A stretch of DNA of 43,495 nucleotides. It comes from a virus. The notes under the pieces are model-generated. The model saw nothing but the letters and a program-made list of their open reading frames with translations, was not told the origin of the DNA and did not search any database. Where the stretch lies: the UHGV virus genome UHGV-0404561; one strand, 5' to 3'. Numbering within the stretch: position 1 is the first letter of the stretch; every line of letters starts with the position of its first letter. Made by a program: the position numbers and the translations under genes. Positions 1 through 7,633 of the stretch are shown piece by piece.

Positions 1-115
1 CCCACATCTCGCCGACCTGTGAGCTGCCACACATCTTGCCGACCTGTGAGCTGCCACACATCTTGCCGACCTGTGAGCTGTCCCACATCTCGCCGACCTG
101 TGAGCTGCCCAACAT
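1..115. repeat. 27-bp tandem direct repeat, about 4 copies (cacatctYgccgacctgtgagctgYc), in frame within the 1..511 CDS
   Basis: Four contiguous near-identical 27-nt units are visible at the window start. The unit length is a multiple of 3, and the repeats encode the 9-aa protein repeat. Confidence 0.8.
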
Positions 116-511
116 CACGCGTACATCATTAAGCAACTTTTTCACTTCGCAGCGTTTAAGCCGGTAAAAACCAGTTTTCAGCTCTTCCAGCTTTTTGTCA
201 ACAAGTACATGCTTTCTCCACCAGTCGCATACTGATTCGCGGAACTCTTTCTCATGCGTTTCTTTGTCAAACCAATCAGGAATTATATCTTGATCAACGA
301 CAAACACCCATTTCTCCGGTTTTTCTGCCGGATCAATCCACCACTCATCATCTTTTTTCGGTACCAGCTCAGCCCGAACAAAGGTTTTTGATGCGCCTAT
401 GTAATCGTCCTTAATTCCGAGGCTTTCCAGCAAATCGGAATGGCTTTCATTATCTTCTGGCGCAATTACGATTTTGTTTTTCAAGATAATTCCGCTCTTA
501 AATCTACACAT
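1..511 (-). CDS. Hypothetical protein, 3' part runs off the window start. The C-terminus carries tandem 9-aa repeats (SSQVGEMWD / SSQVGKMCG); start at 511 with RBS GGAGGA
   Basis: Open minus-strand frame from the ATG at 509-511 through position 1. The SD TCCTCC (plus strand) lies at 518-523. This ORF is not in the supplied track because it leaves the window. Confidence 0.55.
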   Translation of the reverse strand, partial: MCRFKSGIILKNKIVIAPEDNESHSDLLESLGIKDDYIGASKTFVRAELVPKKDDEWWIDPAEKPEKWVFVVDQDIIPDWFDKETHEKEFRESVCDWWRKHVLVDKKLEELKTGFYRLKRCEVKKLLNDVRVMLGSSQVGEMWDSSQVGKMCGSSQVGKMCGSSQVGEMW

Positions 512-523
512 TGTTTTCCTCCG

Positions 524-760
524 TTAAATCACATTGTTTTTTTCGTCATCCGTTATCCCTGCGACCTTTAATATGGCCCACAGTTCCCGCAGCCGCATAG
601 AGCCGGGATCCTGCTTTCTCAGCCGGTACGTTGACAGTTTCATTCCCGCCATCTTAGCCATGCGATTATCGTCATAGCGCTTGCGGGATTTGATTACGTC
701 AAGGAGTATCTGGAGGTTTTCCCCTTTCTCCTCGGCGTATGTCTTTTTTTTAAGCGCCAT
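524..760 (-). CDS. Small hypothetical early protein (about 78 aa from the M at 760), possibly DNA-binding
   Basis: ORF 524..820. The internal ATG at 758-760 is preceded by a GGGGG RBS. The basic helical segment LSTYRLRKQDPGSMRLRELWAILKVAG looks HTH-like. No family recognised. Confidence 0.45.
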   Translation of the reverse strand: MALKKKTYAEEKGENLQILLDVIKSRKRYDDNRMAKMAGMKLSTYRLRKQDPGSMRLRELWAILKVAGITDDEKNNVI

Positions 761-900
761 ACTACCCCCGATCTTGTAAATGCTCTTGTGTTCAAAGCCA
801 GTGTAAAAACCCATAAGCATCCAATCTAACGCGTAGCACTGCTACCGTGTTGCGCCTACTTACGGGCCGGAGAGGCTCCTGCCAGCTCCGGGCATACAGC

Positions 901-949
901 TATTTACATTAACATTTTCATTTACATTAACATTTACATTTACATTAGG
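901..949. repeat. Iteron-like direct repeats of ATTTACATTAAC / ATTTACATT (4 copies) in a non-coding region
   Basis: Sequence tatttacattaacattttcatttacattaacatttacatttacattagg. Lies between the early-gene start at 820 and the plus-strand gene at 1052. Confidence 0.6.
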
Positions 950-963
950 TTTTCCGATTACAT

Positions 964-1020
964 AACCTATGGTTTTGCAATTTAAAAACCTATGGTTATT
1001 TACTCCTTATGTGATATAAT
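964..1020 (+). promoter_or_regulatory. Putative promoter region for the 1052 gene: two copies of the palindromic-arm site AACCTATGGTT (964-974 and 987-997) followed by an extended -10 TGATATAAT (about 1012-1020)
   Basis: AACC-TAT-GGTT has inverted arms and occurs twice 23 bp apart. TG-n-TATAAT lies about 35 bp upstream of the ATG at 1052. Confidence 0.4.
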
Positions 1021-1051
1021 TAATACAACATCACATTAAGAAAGGACTTTT

Positions 1052-1567
1052 ATGTACTTAGTAATATTTATTGCTGGAATTGCAATCATTAAATTTGTAT
1101 TGAATTTTTCTAGGCTCATTGAAACACTTATAATTTTCCGTATTTTTCAAAAACAGCCTAAAAACGTAGCGCAATATTGCCCATTTGCGACTGCTTTATT
1201 TAACGCAGCAGGAACCCAGCAAGTCATCATTTCTACCATACGCACTAATGGACTTTCCCAAGCCAGGCAAGATTACATTTCAAATTCCCTAGATAAAAAA
1301 GATTCTTATTTTGCGCTTGAAACTATTTTTCAAAAAACCATTGGTGTTTATAAATTTCGTATATCGCAAAGCGTAAATCCTTTTTACTGGTTATTTCTAC
1401 CAAAATACCTGCTCATGAGCTATTCAATAGAATTTCCATCTTTTATTGAAGCATTGCTCAATCTTGTCTATTGGTTTCTTGGCGTTGTCCTTTCATATTT
1501 TCTAGGAAAATATTTAGATCTTCATTATCAGGATCTTGTTTCGTACATACGCAGTATGCTGATATGA
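1052..1567 (+). CDS. Hypothetical protein, 171 aa, hydrophobic N- and C-terminal segments, very AT-rich gene
   Basis: Only plus-strand ORF in an otherwise minus-strand early region. There are no minus-strand ORFs of 60 aa or more between 820 and 1706. No recognisable family. Confidence 0.5.
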   Translation: MYLVIFIAGIAIIKFVLNFSRLIETLIIFRIFQKQPKNVAQYCPFATALFNAAGTQQVIISTIRTNGLSQARQDYISNSLDKKDSYFALETIFQKTIGVYKFRISQSVNPFYWLFLPKYLLMSYSIEFPSFIEALLNLVYWFLGVVLSYFLGKYLDLHYQDLVSYIRSMLI

Positions 1568-1705
1568 GAAATGCCCTTATCTCTTTTCTCTCTCGGCTAC
1601 TGCGGCAATTTCGCAGTCTTATCACTTCATCAAACATTGCTTGATAAAGTACTGCTTTAATCTTTTCTGGATCTGTATCTAAAAATACAGGCTCATTAAT
1701 CTGTC

Positions 1706-1918
1706 TTATTTCTGCTCACCTCCCCTTTTCTCACAGCCTTCCAGCAGGGTCTCAATTCCGACACCGAAATATGTAGCGATTTTCTGAATATTTTTCACTG
1801 TCGGGCTTGACTTATCCCACCTTCCAATGGTTCCATTACCAATTCCACAGTCAGACTCTAATTTTGCAATCGAAATACCTTTCTGTTCGCATAGGGTTTC
1901 TATCTTATTTAGAATCAT
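1706..1918 (-). CDS. XRE-family HTH transcriptional regulator, Cro-like (70 aa)
   Basis: ISIAKLESDCGIGNGTIGRWDKSSPTVKNIQKIATYFGV is a canonical HTH_XRE. Divergent from the CI-like gene at 2132. Confidence 0.85.
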   Translation of the reverse strand: MILNKIETLCEQKGISIAKLESDCGIGNGTIGRWDKSSPTVKNIQKIATYFGVGIETLLEGCEKRGGEQK

Positions 1919-1966
1919 TTACACACCTCCAATCTGCATAAAATTAATATTTTTAGAGATGTACCC

Positions 1967-2117
1967 TTGACATTGAATAGAGAATAATCTAAAATGTGAA
2001 TTGTGAGAGACATATTTTAGGATTCGCTATGTTTAGGCTTTTCTCTAACTTACAAGCCTTATTATATAGAGTATCCTCTAATTTGTCAATACTATTTTTA
2101 GGTTTTTCTCTAATTTT
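1967..2117. promoter_or_regulatory. Lysis/lysogeny switch region. The plus promoter (-35 TTGACA 1967-1972, -10 TAAAAT 1990-1995) and minus promoter (-35 TTGACA at plus 2084-2089, -10 TATAAT at plus 2061-2066) appear face-to-face. Direct repeats TTTAGGNTTTTCTCTAAYTT lie at 2031-2050 and 2098-2117
   Basis: Both promoters have 17-bp spacers when read by eye. The 20-bp repeat occurs twice, and the second copy abuts the RBS of the CI-like gene. Confidence 0.45.
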
Positions 2118-2131
2118 TAGGAGGTATAAAC

Positions 2132-2518
2132 ATGAATAGTGTTGAAAGCGTGAAAACCATATGCAAAGAGAGAAAGATACCTATATCTAAATTGGAAAAA
2201 GACCTCGGCTTTTCAAATGGGTATATTTCACAACTGCGTAAAGGGGTATTCCCGTATGACAGGCTAAAAAAAATAGCTGATTACTTAAACGTATCGGTTG
2301 AGTATCTTGGTGGGGAGGAGGATGCCAATGCAGAGGTAAAAGAAGAAAAACCAATAGATCTAAAAGATGAGTTTAACCGTCTTGAGAAAATGTTAAAAAG
2401 CGGAGAAGTGACACCGTTATATTTTGACGGTCAGCCCGTAGATCAGGAGAGCATAAACTTATTGCTCGACCAGATCAAGATTTCTGTTGCTTTTATTGCA
2501 AAGCAACGTAAAAAATAG
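2132..2518 (+). CDS. XRE-family HTH repressor, CI/ImmR-like (128 aa) with a C-terminal extension
   Basis: N-terminal HTH_XRE (IPISKLEKDLGFSNGYISQLRKG). Followed immediately by an ImmA-type metallopeptidase gene. RBS AGGAGG. Confidence 0.85.
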   Translation: MNSVESVKTICKERKIPISKLEKDLGFSNGYISQLRKGVFPYDRLKKIADYLNVSVEYLGGEEDANAEVKEEKPIDLKDEFNRLEKMLKSGEVTPLYFDGQPVDQESINLLLDQIKISVAFIAKQRKK

Positions 2519-2529
2519 GAGAGGTAAAT

Positions 2530-2967
2530 ATGATAGATGCAAAAAGGACAGCCGCAGAGCTATCAAATATGTATCATACAAATGACCCCATTGATCTCGC
2601 CGATCATCTGGGAGTATATACACAGGTTGGCCCTTTGGGTAAGATATACGGATGCTGTTTAACCATAGCGGGTGAACGCTTCATTTATATAAACAGCGAT
2701 CTGGATAAGTCTACACAAAAGATGGTTGCGGCCCATGAGCTGGGTCACGCCGTAATGCATCAGGAAGATTACTTCTTTTTTAACTGGATGCCGGACAGCT
2801 TGCACCGGAACCGTGCAGAGATCGAAGCTAACACTTTTGCTGTTGAGTTGCTTGTACCGGACAGTGTTGTGCTGGATCATCCAGGTTTTACTTTAGCGCA
2901 GCTATCCGCATTAACCGGATACGCAGAAAATTTCTTAAAATTCAAAAAAGTAGGGGGAGTATTATGA
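2530..2967 (+). CDS. ImmA/IrrE-family zinc metallopeptidase (anti-repressor protease partner of the XRE repressor)
   Basis: HEXXH motif AAHELGHAVMH. Size and position immediately downstream of the XRE repressor fit ImmR/ImmA modules. Confidence 0.85.
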   Translation: MIDAKRTAAELSNMYHTNDPIDLADHLGVYTQVGPLGKIYGCCLTIAGERFIYINSDLDKSTQKMVAAHELGHAVMHQEDYFFFNWMPDSLHRNRAEIEANTFAVELLVPDSVVLDHPGFTLAQLSALTGYAENFLKFKKVGGVL

Positions 2968-3413
2968 AGCTGAAATTGAATCCTGACGAAAAAACTATAT
3001 ATCAATGCAAGCCGCACTGGATCGCGTTTGTTGTGCCTTCCATTGTAGCGATTTTCTTTTTTCTTTTGTTTGCGACAGACTTAACAAATACAAGCAGCAG
3101 TGTAAGTTCCAATTTGACATTTTTTGTCATTTTTCTGTTATCGCTTGTCCCGATTATAAGGCTTAAAGCAATGATTTTGATCTTGACTGATAAAAGAGTC
3201 TTTGGAAGAACCGGAATCGTAAAGACAAAGTCCTTAACTATGCCGTTAAACCAAGTTAACACTGTAAATTTAACGCACAGTGTGCTGGGAAGGATTTTGA
3301 AGTACGGAACGATCCAAATCAGTGCTGTAACCGGAGTGTACCGTTTCCCTAAAATGCAAAATCCGGAAGAAATGCAAAATGCGATCATAAACAAAGTATC
3401 CAACAACAAATAA
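2964..3413 (+). CDS. Bacterial PH-domain (bPH_2 / YdbT-like) membrane protein
   Basis: N-terminal two TM helices, then ILTDKRVFGRTGIVKTKSLTMPLNQVNTV...YGTIQISAVTG, matching the bPH_2 pattern. Overlaps the ImmA stop (ATGA). Confidence 0.6.
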   Translation: MKLKLNPDEKTIYQCKPHWIAFVVPSIVAIFFFLLFATDLTNTSSSVSSNLTFFVIFLLSLVPIIRLKAMILILTDKRVFGRTGIVKTKSLTMPLNQVNTVNLTHSVLGRILKYGTIQISAVTGVYRFPKMQNPEEMQNAIINKVSNNK

Positions 3414-3574
3414 AAAAACGCCCGGCGCTACCAACACCAGACGTTTTAGGAGTGTGATATTTCTATCACGAAACCTACACCCGTATAATATCACATTTCC
3501 AGGCAGTCACGCAAGATAAACCATGTAAAAATCTGGTGGCTGTATTTTTTATACCCAAAAAGGAGTGTGCGACT

Positions 3575-4816
3575 ATGGCAAAAGCAAAAAAATTACCCTC
3601 AGGATCATGGCGTGTACTGGTGTTTGACCACTACGAGCCTGTCTTAAATCCAGACGGAACACCCGTCATGCAAAACGGAAAACCGAAACAAAAAAGAATA
3701 TATCAGTCCTTTACGGATGATGACCCGTCAACCAAAGGGCGCAAACGGGTCGAATTGGCAGCTGCACAATACATGGCAGAGAAAGATTCACGTGAAGCGG
3801 AAAGGCGCAACCAAGAGGCGAATATGACGCTTAGAGGGGCGGCAGAAAAATATATAGATCTGTGCAGAACATTGAAAAGGTCTCCATCCACCATAGAAGA
3901 CTATGAGTGCATCATGCGGAACGGGTTCCAGGATCTTTTTAGCATGCGCCTGTGTGACATATCAGAAGAGCTTCTACAAAATGCTATAGCCAAAGAAGCG
4001 CAGCGGCCTGTCAACGGGAAACCAGGCAAGACCCTTACAGCAAAGCGGCTGAAAAATGAATGGGGGTTTGTATCCTCTGTGCTGCACAAATACACAAACA
4101 TCCGCACCGACAATCTGCAATTACCTACGCCAACGCAAAGAATGGTTGACCTGCCAGATGCAAAAACAGTAATGGATATAGTACGCGGCACCGAAATGGA
4201 GCTGCCGGTGCTGCTTGCAATGTGGCTGTCGTTCACAGCATCGGAGATCCGCGGTCTTACAAAATCCAAATCAATTAATGGTGATTACATAACAATAAAG
4301 GAGACAGTCATTACCGTAAAAGGAAAAGCTGTAAGAAAAGAGACAGCGAAGAACAACACGAGAAAACGCAAACACAAAATACCGGCTTATATAAAAGGTC
4401 TGATCGACAAGGTTCCTGGCGATGTACTGGTGCCGATGACTGACGTTTCACTGCACCACCGCTGGAAACGCTTGCAAAAAAGCTACGGTATAAAAGACCC
4501 TATCACGTTTCACGACCTCAGACATCTTAATGCCTCAGTAATGGCCCTGTTGCAGATACCGGACAAATACGCTCAGGAGCGCGGTGGCTGGAAGTCGGAT
4601 GCTGTCATGAAAAAGGTCTACATGCAGACATTTTCGTCGGAGCGGCAAAAGGTTGATGATAAAATTGACAGCTACTTTGAGAGCATCGTGGGAACCGAAA
4701 AAAGCGAAAAAGAATCCATAAAAGAAGTTGTGAACCGGCTGAAAAAAGAAGATCCAGAGGGATGGAAAAAAGCCATTTTAGAAGCTATGCAACACGAAAT
4801 GCAACACGCGCAATAA
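3575..4816 (+). CDS. Phage tyrosine integrase with N-terminal AP2-like arm-binding domain
   Basis: N-terminus KLPSGSWRVLVFD matches the Int AP2-like arm-binding type. C-terminal FHDLRH...ERGGWKS...KKVYMQ provides the R-H-R-W-Y catalytic signature. ATG at 3575 with RBS AGGAG; the track ORF begins at an upstream GTG. Confidence 0.9.
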   Translation: MAKAKKLPSGSWRVLVFDHYEPVLNPDGTPVMQNGKPKQKRIYQSFTDDDPSTKGRKRVELAAAQYMAEKDSREAERRNQEANMTLRGAAEKYIDLCRTLKRSPSTIEDYECIMRNGFQDLFSMRLCDISEELLQNAIAKEAQRPVNGKPGKTLTAKRLKNEWGFVSSVLHKYTNIRTDNLQLPTPTQRMVDLPDAKTVMDIVRGTEMELPVLLAMWLSFTASEIRGLTKSKSINGDYITIKETVITVKGKAVRKETAKNNTRKRKHKIPAYIKGLIDKVPGDVLVPMTDVSLHHRWKRLQKSYGIKDPITFHDLRHLNASVMALLQIPDKYAQERGGWKSDAVMKKVYMQTFSSERQKVDDKIDSYFESIVGTEKSEKESIKEVVNRLKKEDPEGWKKAILEAMQHEMQHAQ

Positions 4817-5015
4817 AAAATGGCTTAAATAAGCCATTTTTCAAGAGCAGATAACGGGAATCGAACCCGTTAAAGTAAAAACTCACAAACCCGCGAAAAC
4901 ACTGAAATCTAGCATTTATGCGGGTTTGTGAGTTATAAATACTTACCACTTGCTCTATAAATATATCACAAATAATATATTTTTGCTTTCTATGCAACAC
5001 GAAATGCAACACGAC
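4786..5015. other. attP-like site: tRNA 3'-end fragment (T-arm + acceptor, about 4845-4870, minus sense) flanked by arm-type direct repeats ATGCAACACG (2 copies at 4793-4813 overlapping the int C-terminus, 2 copies at 4993-5014). A 14-bp inverted repeat lies at 4881-4894 / 4920-4933
   Basis: Minus-strand reading ACGGGTTCGATTCCCGT-TATCTGC-T gives a T-stem/loop plus 3' acceptor without the rest of a tRNA. The 23-bp direct repeat CTATGCAACACGAAATGCAACACG is present on both sides. The site is immediately downstream of int. Confidence 0.5.
4815..4841 (+). terminator. Rho-independent terminator after the integrase gene
   Basis: aaaaaatggcttaaataagccattttt gives a 9-bp stem AATGGCTTA/TAAGCCATT followed by a T-run. 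Confidence 0.7.
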
Positions 5016-5215
5016 TACTGCAATGGAAACTTTCATTAATTATAAGCAACATTCAAATAGCAAATACCGGAATCAGTAAAGGCTTCTCTTTTATTATTTC
5101 TGCCATAGCCCAGTCATTGACCTGTATTTCCAAAATACTCTCATTTTTCTCACACCAAGCTTCCAACCGGTTCAGCAAAATTTTCATTTATCACATCCTT
5201 TCTTTACAATAAAAT

Positions 5216-5485
5216 TTATTTAGACTCATATTTTAATCTGTCTAAATCTAAGGTAACATCAGTTTCTGCGATGCATTCTAATATAAATCTCAAAGCTTGA
5301 TCATGAGTTAATCCCTTTTCCTTCCCGAGCTTTTCAGTTATGGTTTTAACAATGGTACATAACATTGTCAATGTGTCCACAGTGCTTCCAGCACTAATTA
5401 CTTTTGCTTTATGTCTTTTTTTAACACACATTATAAGTCCCATTACATTCCTCCATACATTTGCTATTTTATTGAGCTTTCTCAA
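5216..5485 (-). CDS. Hypothetical small protein (89 aa or shorter), overlaps the upstream RHH gene by 17 nt
   Basis: ORF only, no motif recognised. Arranged like a downstream partner of the RHH gene. Confidence 0.4.
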   Translation of the reverse strand: MRKLNKIANVWRNVMGLIMCVKKRHKAKVISAGSTVDTLTMLCTIVKTITEKLGKEKGLTHDQALRFILECIAETDVTLDLDRLKYESK

Positions 5486-5651
5486 TAAAATTCTTTATTG
5501 CATCCGAAATAAAACTATTTATAGACGAATACCCTAACGCCTCTGCTTTTTGCTTAATCTGCTCTTTTTCTCCTTTTTTAACAACGTAATTAATCCGATC
5601 ATACACTTTCTGGTTGTATCTGTTCTTAACTTCTGCCGATGTTTTGCTCAT
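5469..5651 (-). CDS. Ribbon-helix-helix (Arc/CopG-like) DNA-binding protein, 60 aa
   Basis: KNRYNQKVYDRINYVVKKGEKEQIKQKAEALGYSSINSFISDAIKNFI has a beta-strand followed by two helices typical of RHH antitoxin/repressor proteins. Stop/start overlap with the 543-aa gene (ATGA). Confidence 0.6.
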   Translation of the reverse strand: MSKTSAEVKNRYNQKVYDRINYVVKKGEKEQIKQKAEALGYSSINSFISDAIKNFIEKAQ

Positions 5652-7279
5652 AACTCCTCCTTACTATTCTTAGCGGGTATACCACTGCTTTGTATATTGT
5701 CTTTCTTTGTTTTCATCACTCGTTCCCACTCTTCTGGATGTGTCTTTTGGAACCACTCCATAAAAGCCCCGTGTTTTTCTTTTTCTGCCCGCTCCCTAGC
5801 TTTTATAGCGTCCTGGATATCCTCATATAGTCCTAAATGGTATAAATACCCTTTAAACTGTATATAAGCCTCCCATTTTTGCCGCCTTTTATTAAACGAT
5901 ACACCGACATGCCCAGATGTATTGTTGCTCTGCTTTGTGTAAAGCAATGAATTAATTCGTGTACCGTCCACCTGGTCGGTGATCGCGTTCGGGGTAAATC
6001 TACTAAATTCACACCCGCAAGACTTTGTTGTCCCGTAAGTAAGGCTGCCGCCTCTAACCGTTGTAATCTTCCCGCAATCGCAACGGCATTTCCACATTGA
6101 ACACTTTTGTTCTTCGTCCACCCCTGCATATGCTATAACCGTTAGCTTTCCAAAGCGTTTTCCTGTCAAATCCAAACGCTTTATACAGCCGCAGGATTTA
6201 GTATTTCCACTGATCAATGAGTCCAAACGGTACTCTTTAACCGTCCCGCAGTCACATTTTGCTATAACCCTTTGCAACTCTCGGGGTTTTCTTGGGCAAA
6301 ACTCGGTTATTGTGAGCTTACCGAATTTCTGCCCTACATACGGAGCACTTGGAGCAGGATCTTGATTTTTTTGTGCTACAAAACTTTTTCCGTCCTCATA
6401 TCGCTGATAAAGTAGATCCACCAAATTAGCTAACTCTTCCCCGCGTAGTTTATTACGTAAATCCATTGGAATTAACTCATAATTAGTATTAAAAACTTCA
6501 TCTTTTTTTCCAATCCTGCTTATTTTTTTTACCAGATTGCGTTTGCTAAATTTTAACGGTTCTTTAATGTCAAAAGTATCGCATATTCTTTTTATTTGTT
6601 CATCGTTTAATAGGCGCGTTCCTTGCTCAGCTAACACGATATGCCAACGGTTCAATCCAGCCTGCTTTGCAAATTCCTTTTGTGTGAGCCCTACTCCTTC
6701 GCGTAGCTCTTTTAGCTTTTCTCCCGCTTCAATCGCTCCGTCGTCGTTTAATGGTATAGTCGGACCCCCACTTTCAAACATCTCTCCAGTTCCTTCTATC
6801 AACCAATCTATTCGCACATTAAAAATATCGCATATGTTAGCAATTTCGCCTTCTTTTAATTGCTTTTTCCCAGTTTCAATCCACGATACATAATATATCT
6901 GGATTCCCAATTTGCTAGCCATTTCTGCTTGGCTTAATCCAAGCTTTTTCCGCAATATTTTTAGTCTTTTTTTGATATTCCCATTTCTTATACTTTCATT
7001 TTTGCAAACAACGGAACGTTTTGGATCATTGACTTCATAAGGCTTTGGAACGCTGTTATTCTCTTCATCATCTTTATCAAACATATTTCCAACGCCTGTA
7101 GTCAACCACCGTTTGCTTATACCATGAATATTGCAAATTTTATCTATAAGTTTATCAGATGGGTTATTATAACCCATCTCTATAAAATTTACATAGCTCA
7201 TTGAAATGCCGACAGACTCGGAAAATTTCTTCTGCGACAAGTGTAACGCTTTTCGCATCTCCTTGAATCGATATCTCAT
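5648..7279 (-). CDS. Multi-domain DNA-binding protein (543 aa): three tandem XRE-type HTH domains, two zinc-ribbon repeats (KFGKLT...CxCxCG...TKSCGC) and a C-terminal AP2 domain
   Basis: HTH_XRE-like segments at about aa 5-60, 105-160 and 190-245. Repeats GQKFGKLTITEF...CDCGTVKEYRLDSLISGNTKSCGC and GKRFGKLTVIAY...CDCGKITTVRGGSLTYGTTKSCGC. AP2-like GHVGVSFNKRRQKWEAYIQFKGYLYHLGLYEDIQDAIKARE. Confidence 0.8.
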   Translation of the reverse strand: MRYRFKEMRKALHLSQKKFSESVGISMSYVNFIEMGYNNPSDKLIDKICNIHGISKRWLTTGVGNMFDKDDEENNSVPKPYEVNDPKRSVVCKNESIRNGNIKKRLKILRKKLGLSQAEMASKLGIQIYYVSWIETGKKQLKEGEIANICDIFNVRIDWLIEGTGEMFESGGPTIPLNDDGAIEAGEKLKELREGVGLTQKEFAKQAGLNRWHIVLAEQGTRLLNDEQIKRICDTFDIKEPLKFSKRNLVKKISRIGKKDEVFNTNYELIPMDLRNKLRGEELANLVDLLYQRYEDGKSFVAQKNQDPAPSAPYVGQKFGKLTITEFCPRKPRELQRVIAKCDCGTVKEYRLDSLISGNTKSCGCIKRLDLTGKRFGKLTVIAYAGVDEEQKCSMWKCRCDCGKITTVRGGSLTYGTTKSCGCEFSRFTPNAITDQVDGTRINSLLYTKQSNNTSGHVGVSFNKRRQKWEAYIQFKGYLYHLGLYEDIQDAIKARERAEKEKHGAFMEWFQKTHPEEWERVMKTKKDNIQSSGIPAKNSKEEL

Positions 7280-7458
7280 AAAATTTCAACTCCCAATTTT
7301 TCAGCGGCCTGGAATGCGACCTGTTCAAAGGTCTCACCGTCTGCAGCTTCCCACTCAGCTGTCATGTCAGCTAACTCACATAACTCTGCAAGCTGGTCAA
7401 GGTCCCATTCCTGGCTCCTTTTAATTTCTGCTGCTAATTCCTGTGCTCTGTTCATCAT
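7276..7458 (-). CDS. Small acidic hypothetical protein (60 aa), translationally coupled to the 543-aa gene
   Basis: ORF with ATGA overlap at 7276-7279. Highly acidic and helical, no TM segment, so not a holin. First gene downstream of the promoter at 7499-7527. Confidence 0.45.
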   Translation of the reverse strand: MMNRAQELAAEIKRSQEWDLDQLAELCELADMTAEWEAADGETFEQVAFQAAEKLGVEIL

Positions 7459-7498
7459 ATTTTTACCCTCCGTAATCTATTCTTTCTTAACTATCTTT

Positions 7499-7527
7499 AG
7501 TATAACATACTTGTGCAAGTATGTCAA
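7499..7527 (-). promoter_or_regulatory. Sigma-70-type promoter on the minus strand (-35 TTGACA at plus 7522-7527, 17-bp spacer, -10 TATACT at plus 7499-7504) with a perfect palindrome ATACTTG-TG-CAAGTAT (7507-7522) in the spacer
   Basis: Read directly. The promoter lies between the lysin terminator and the 7458 start. The palindrome position is typical of an operator. Confidence 0.5.
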
Positions 7528-7550
7528 GGGCGTTATACTTTTTTTTTACT

Positions 7551-7585
7551 AAAAAGGCAGCCTTTTCAGACTGCCTTTTCTTCTT
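7551..7585 (-). terminator. Hairpin terminator downstream of the endolysin gene, possibly bidirectional
   Basis: aaaaaggcagccttttcagactgccttttcttctt has a stem AAAGGCAG/CTGCCTTT. T-runs flank it on both strands. Confidence 0.5.
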
Positions 7586-7633
7586 AATTTCTTTTATTAT
7601 TTCTACCACCCCAGAAAGTACAGAAAATTAGTG

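Noticed and set aside
1-115. Possible CRISPR array at the window start
   Set aside because: The 27-bp units are contiguous with no spacers and lie in frame inside a coding sequence. This is a tandem coding repeat, not CRISPR.
4845-4870. Complete tRNA gene downstream of the integrase
   Set aside because: Only a T-arm and 3' acceptor strand are present, with no D or anticodon arms. It is interpreted as the attP core fragment.
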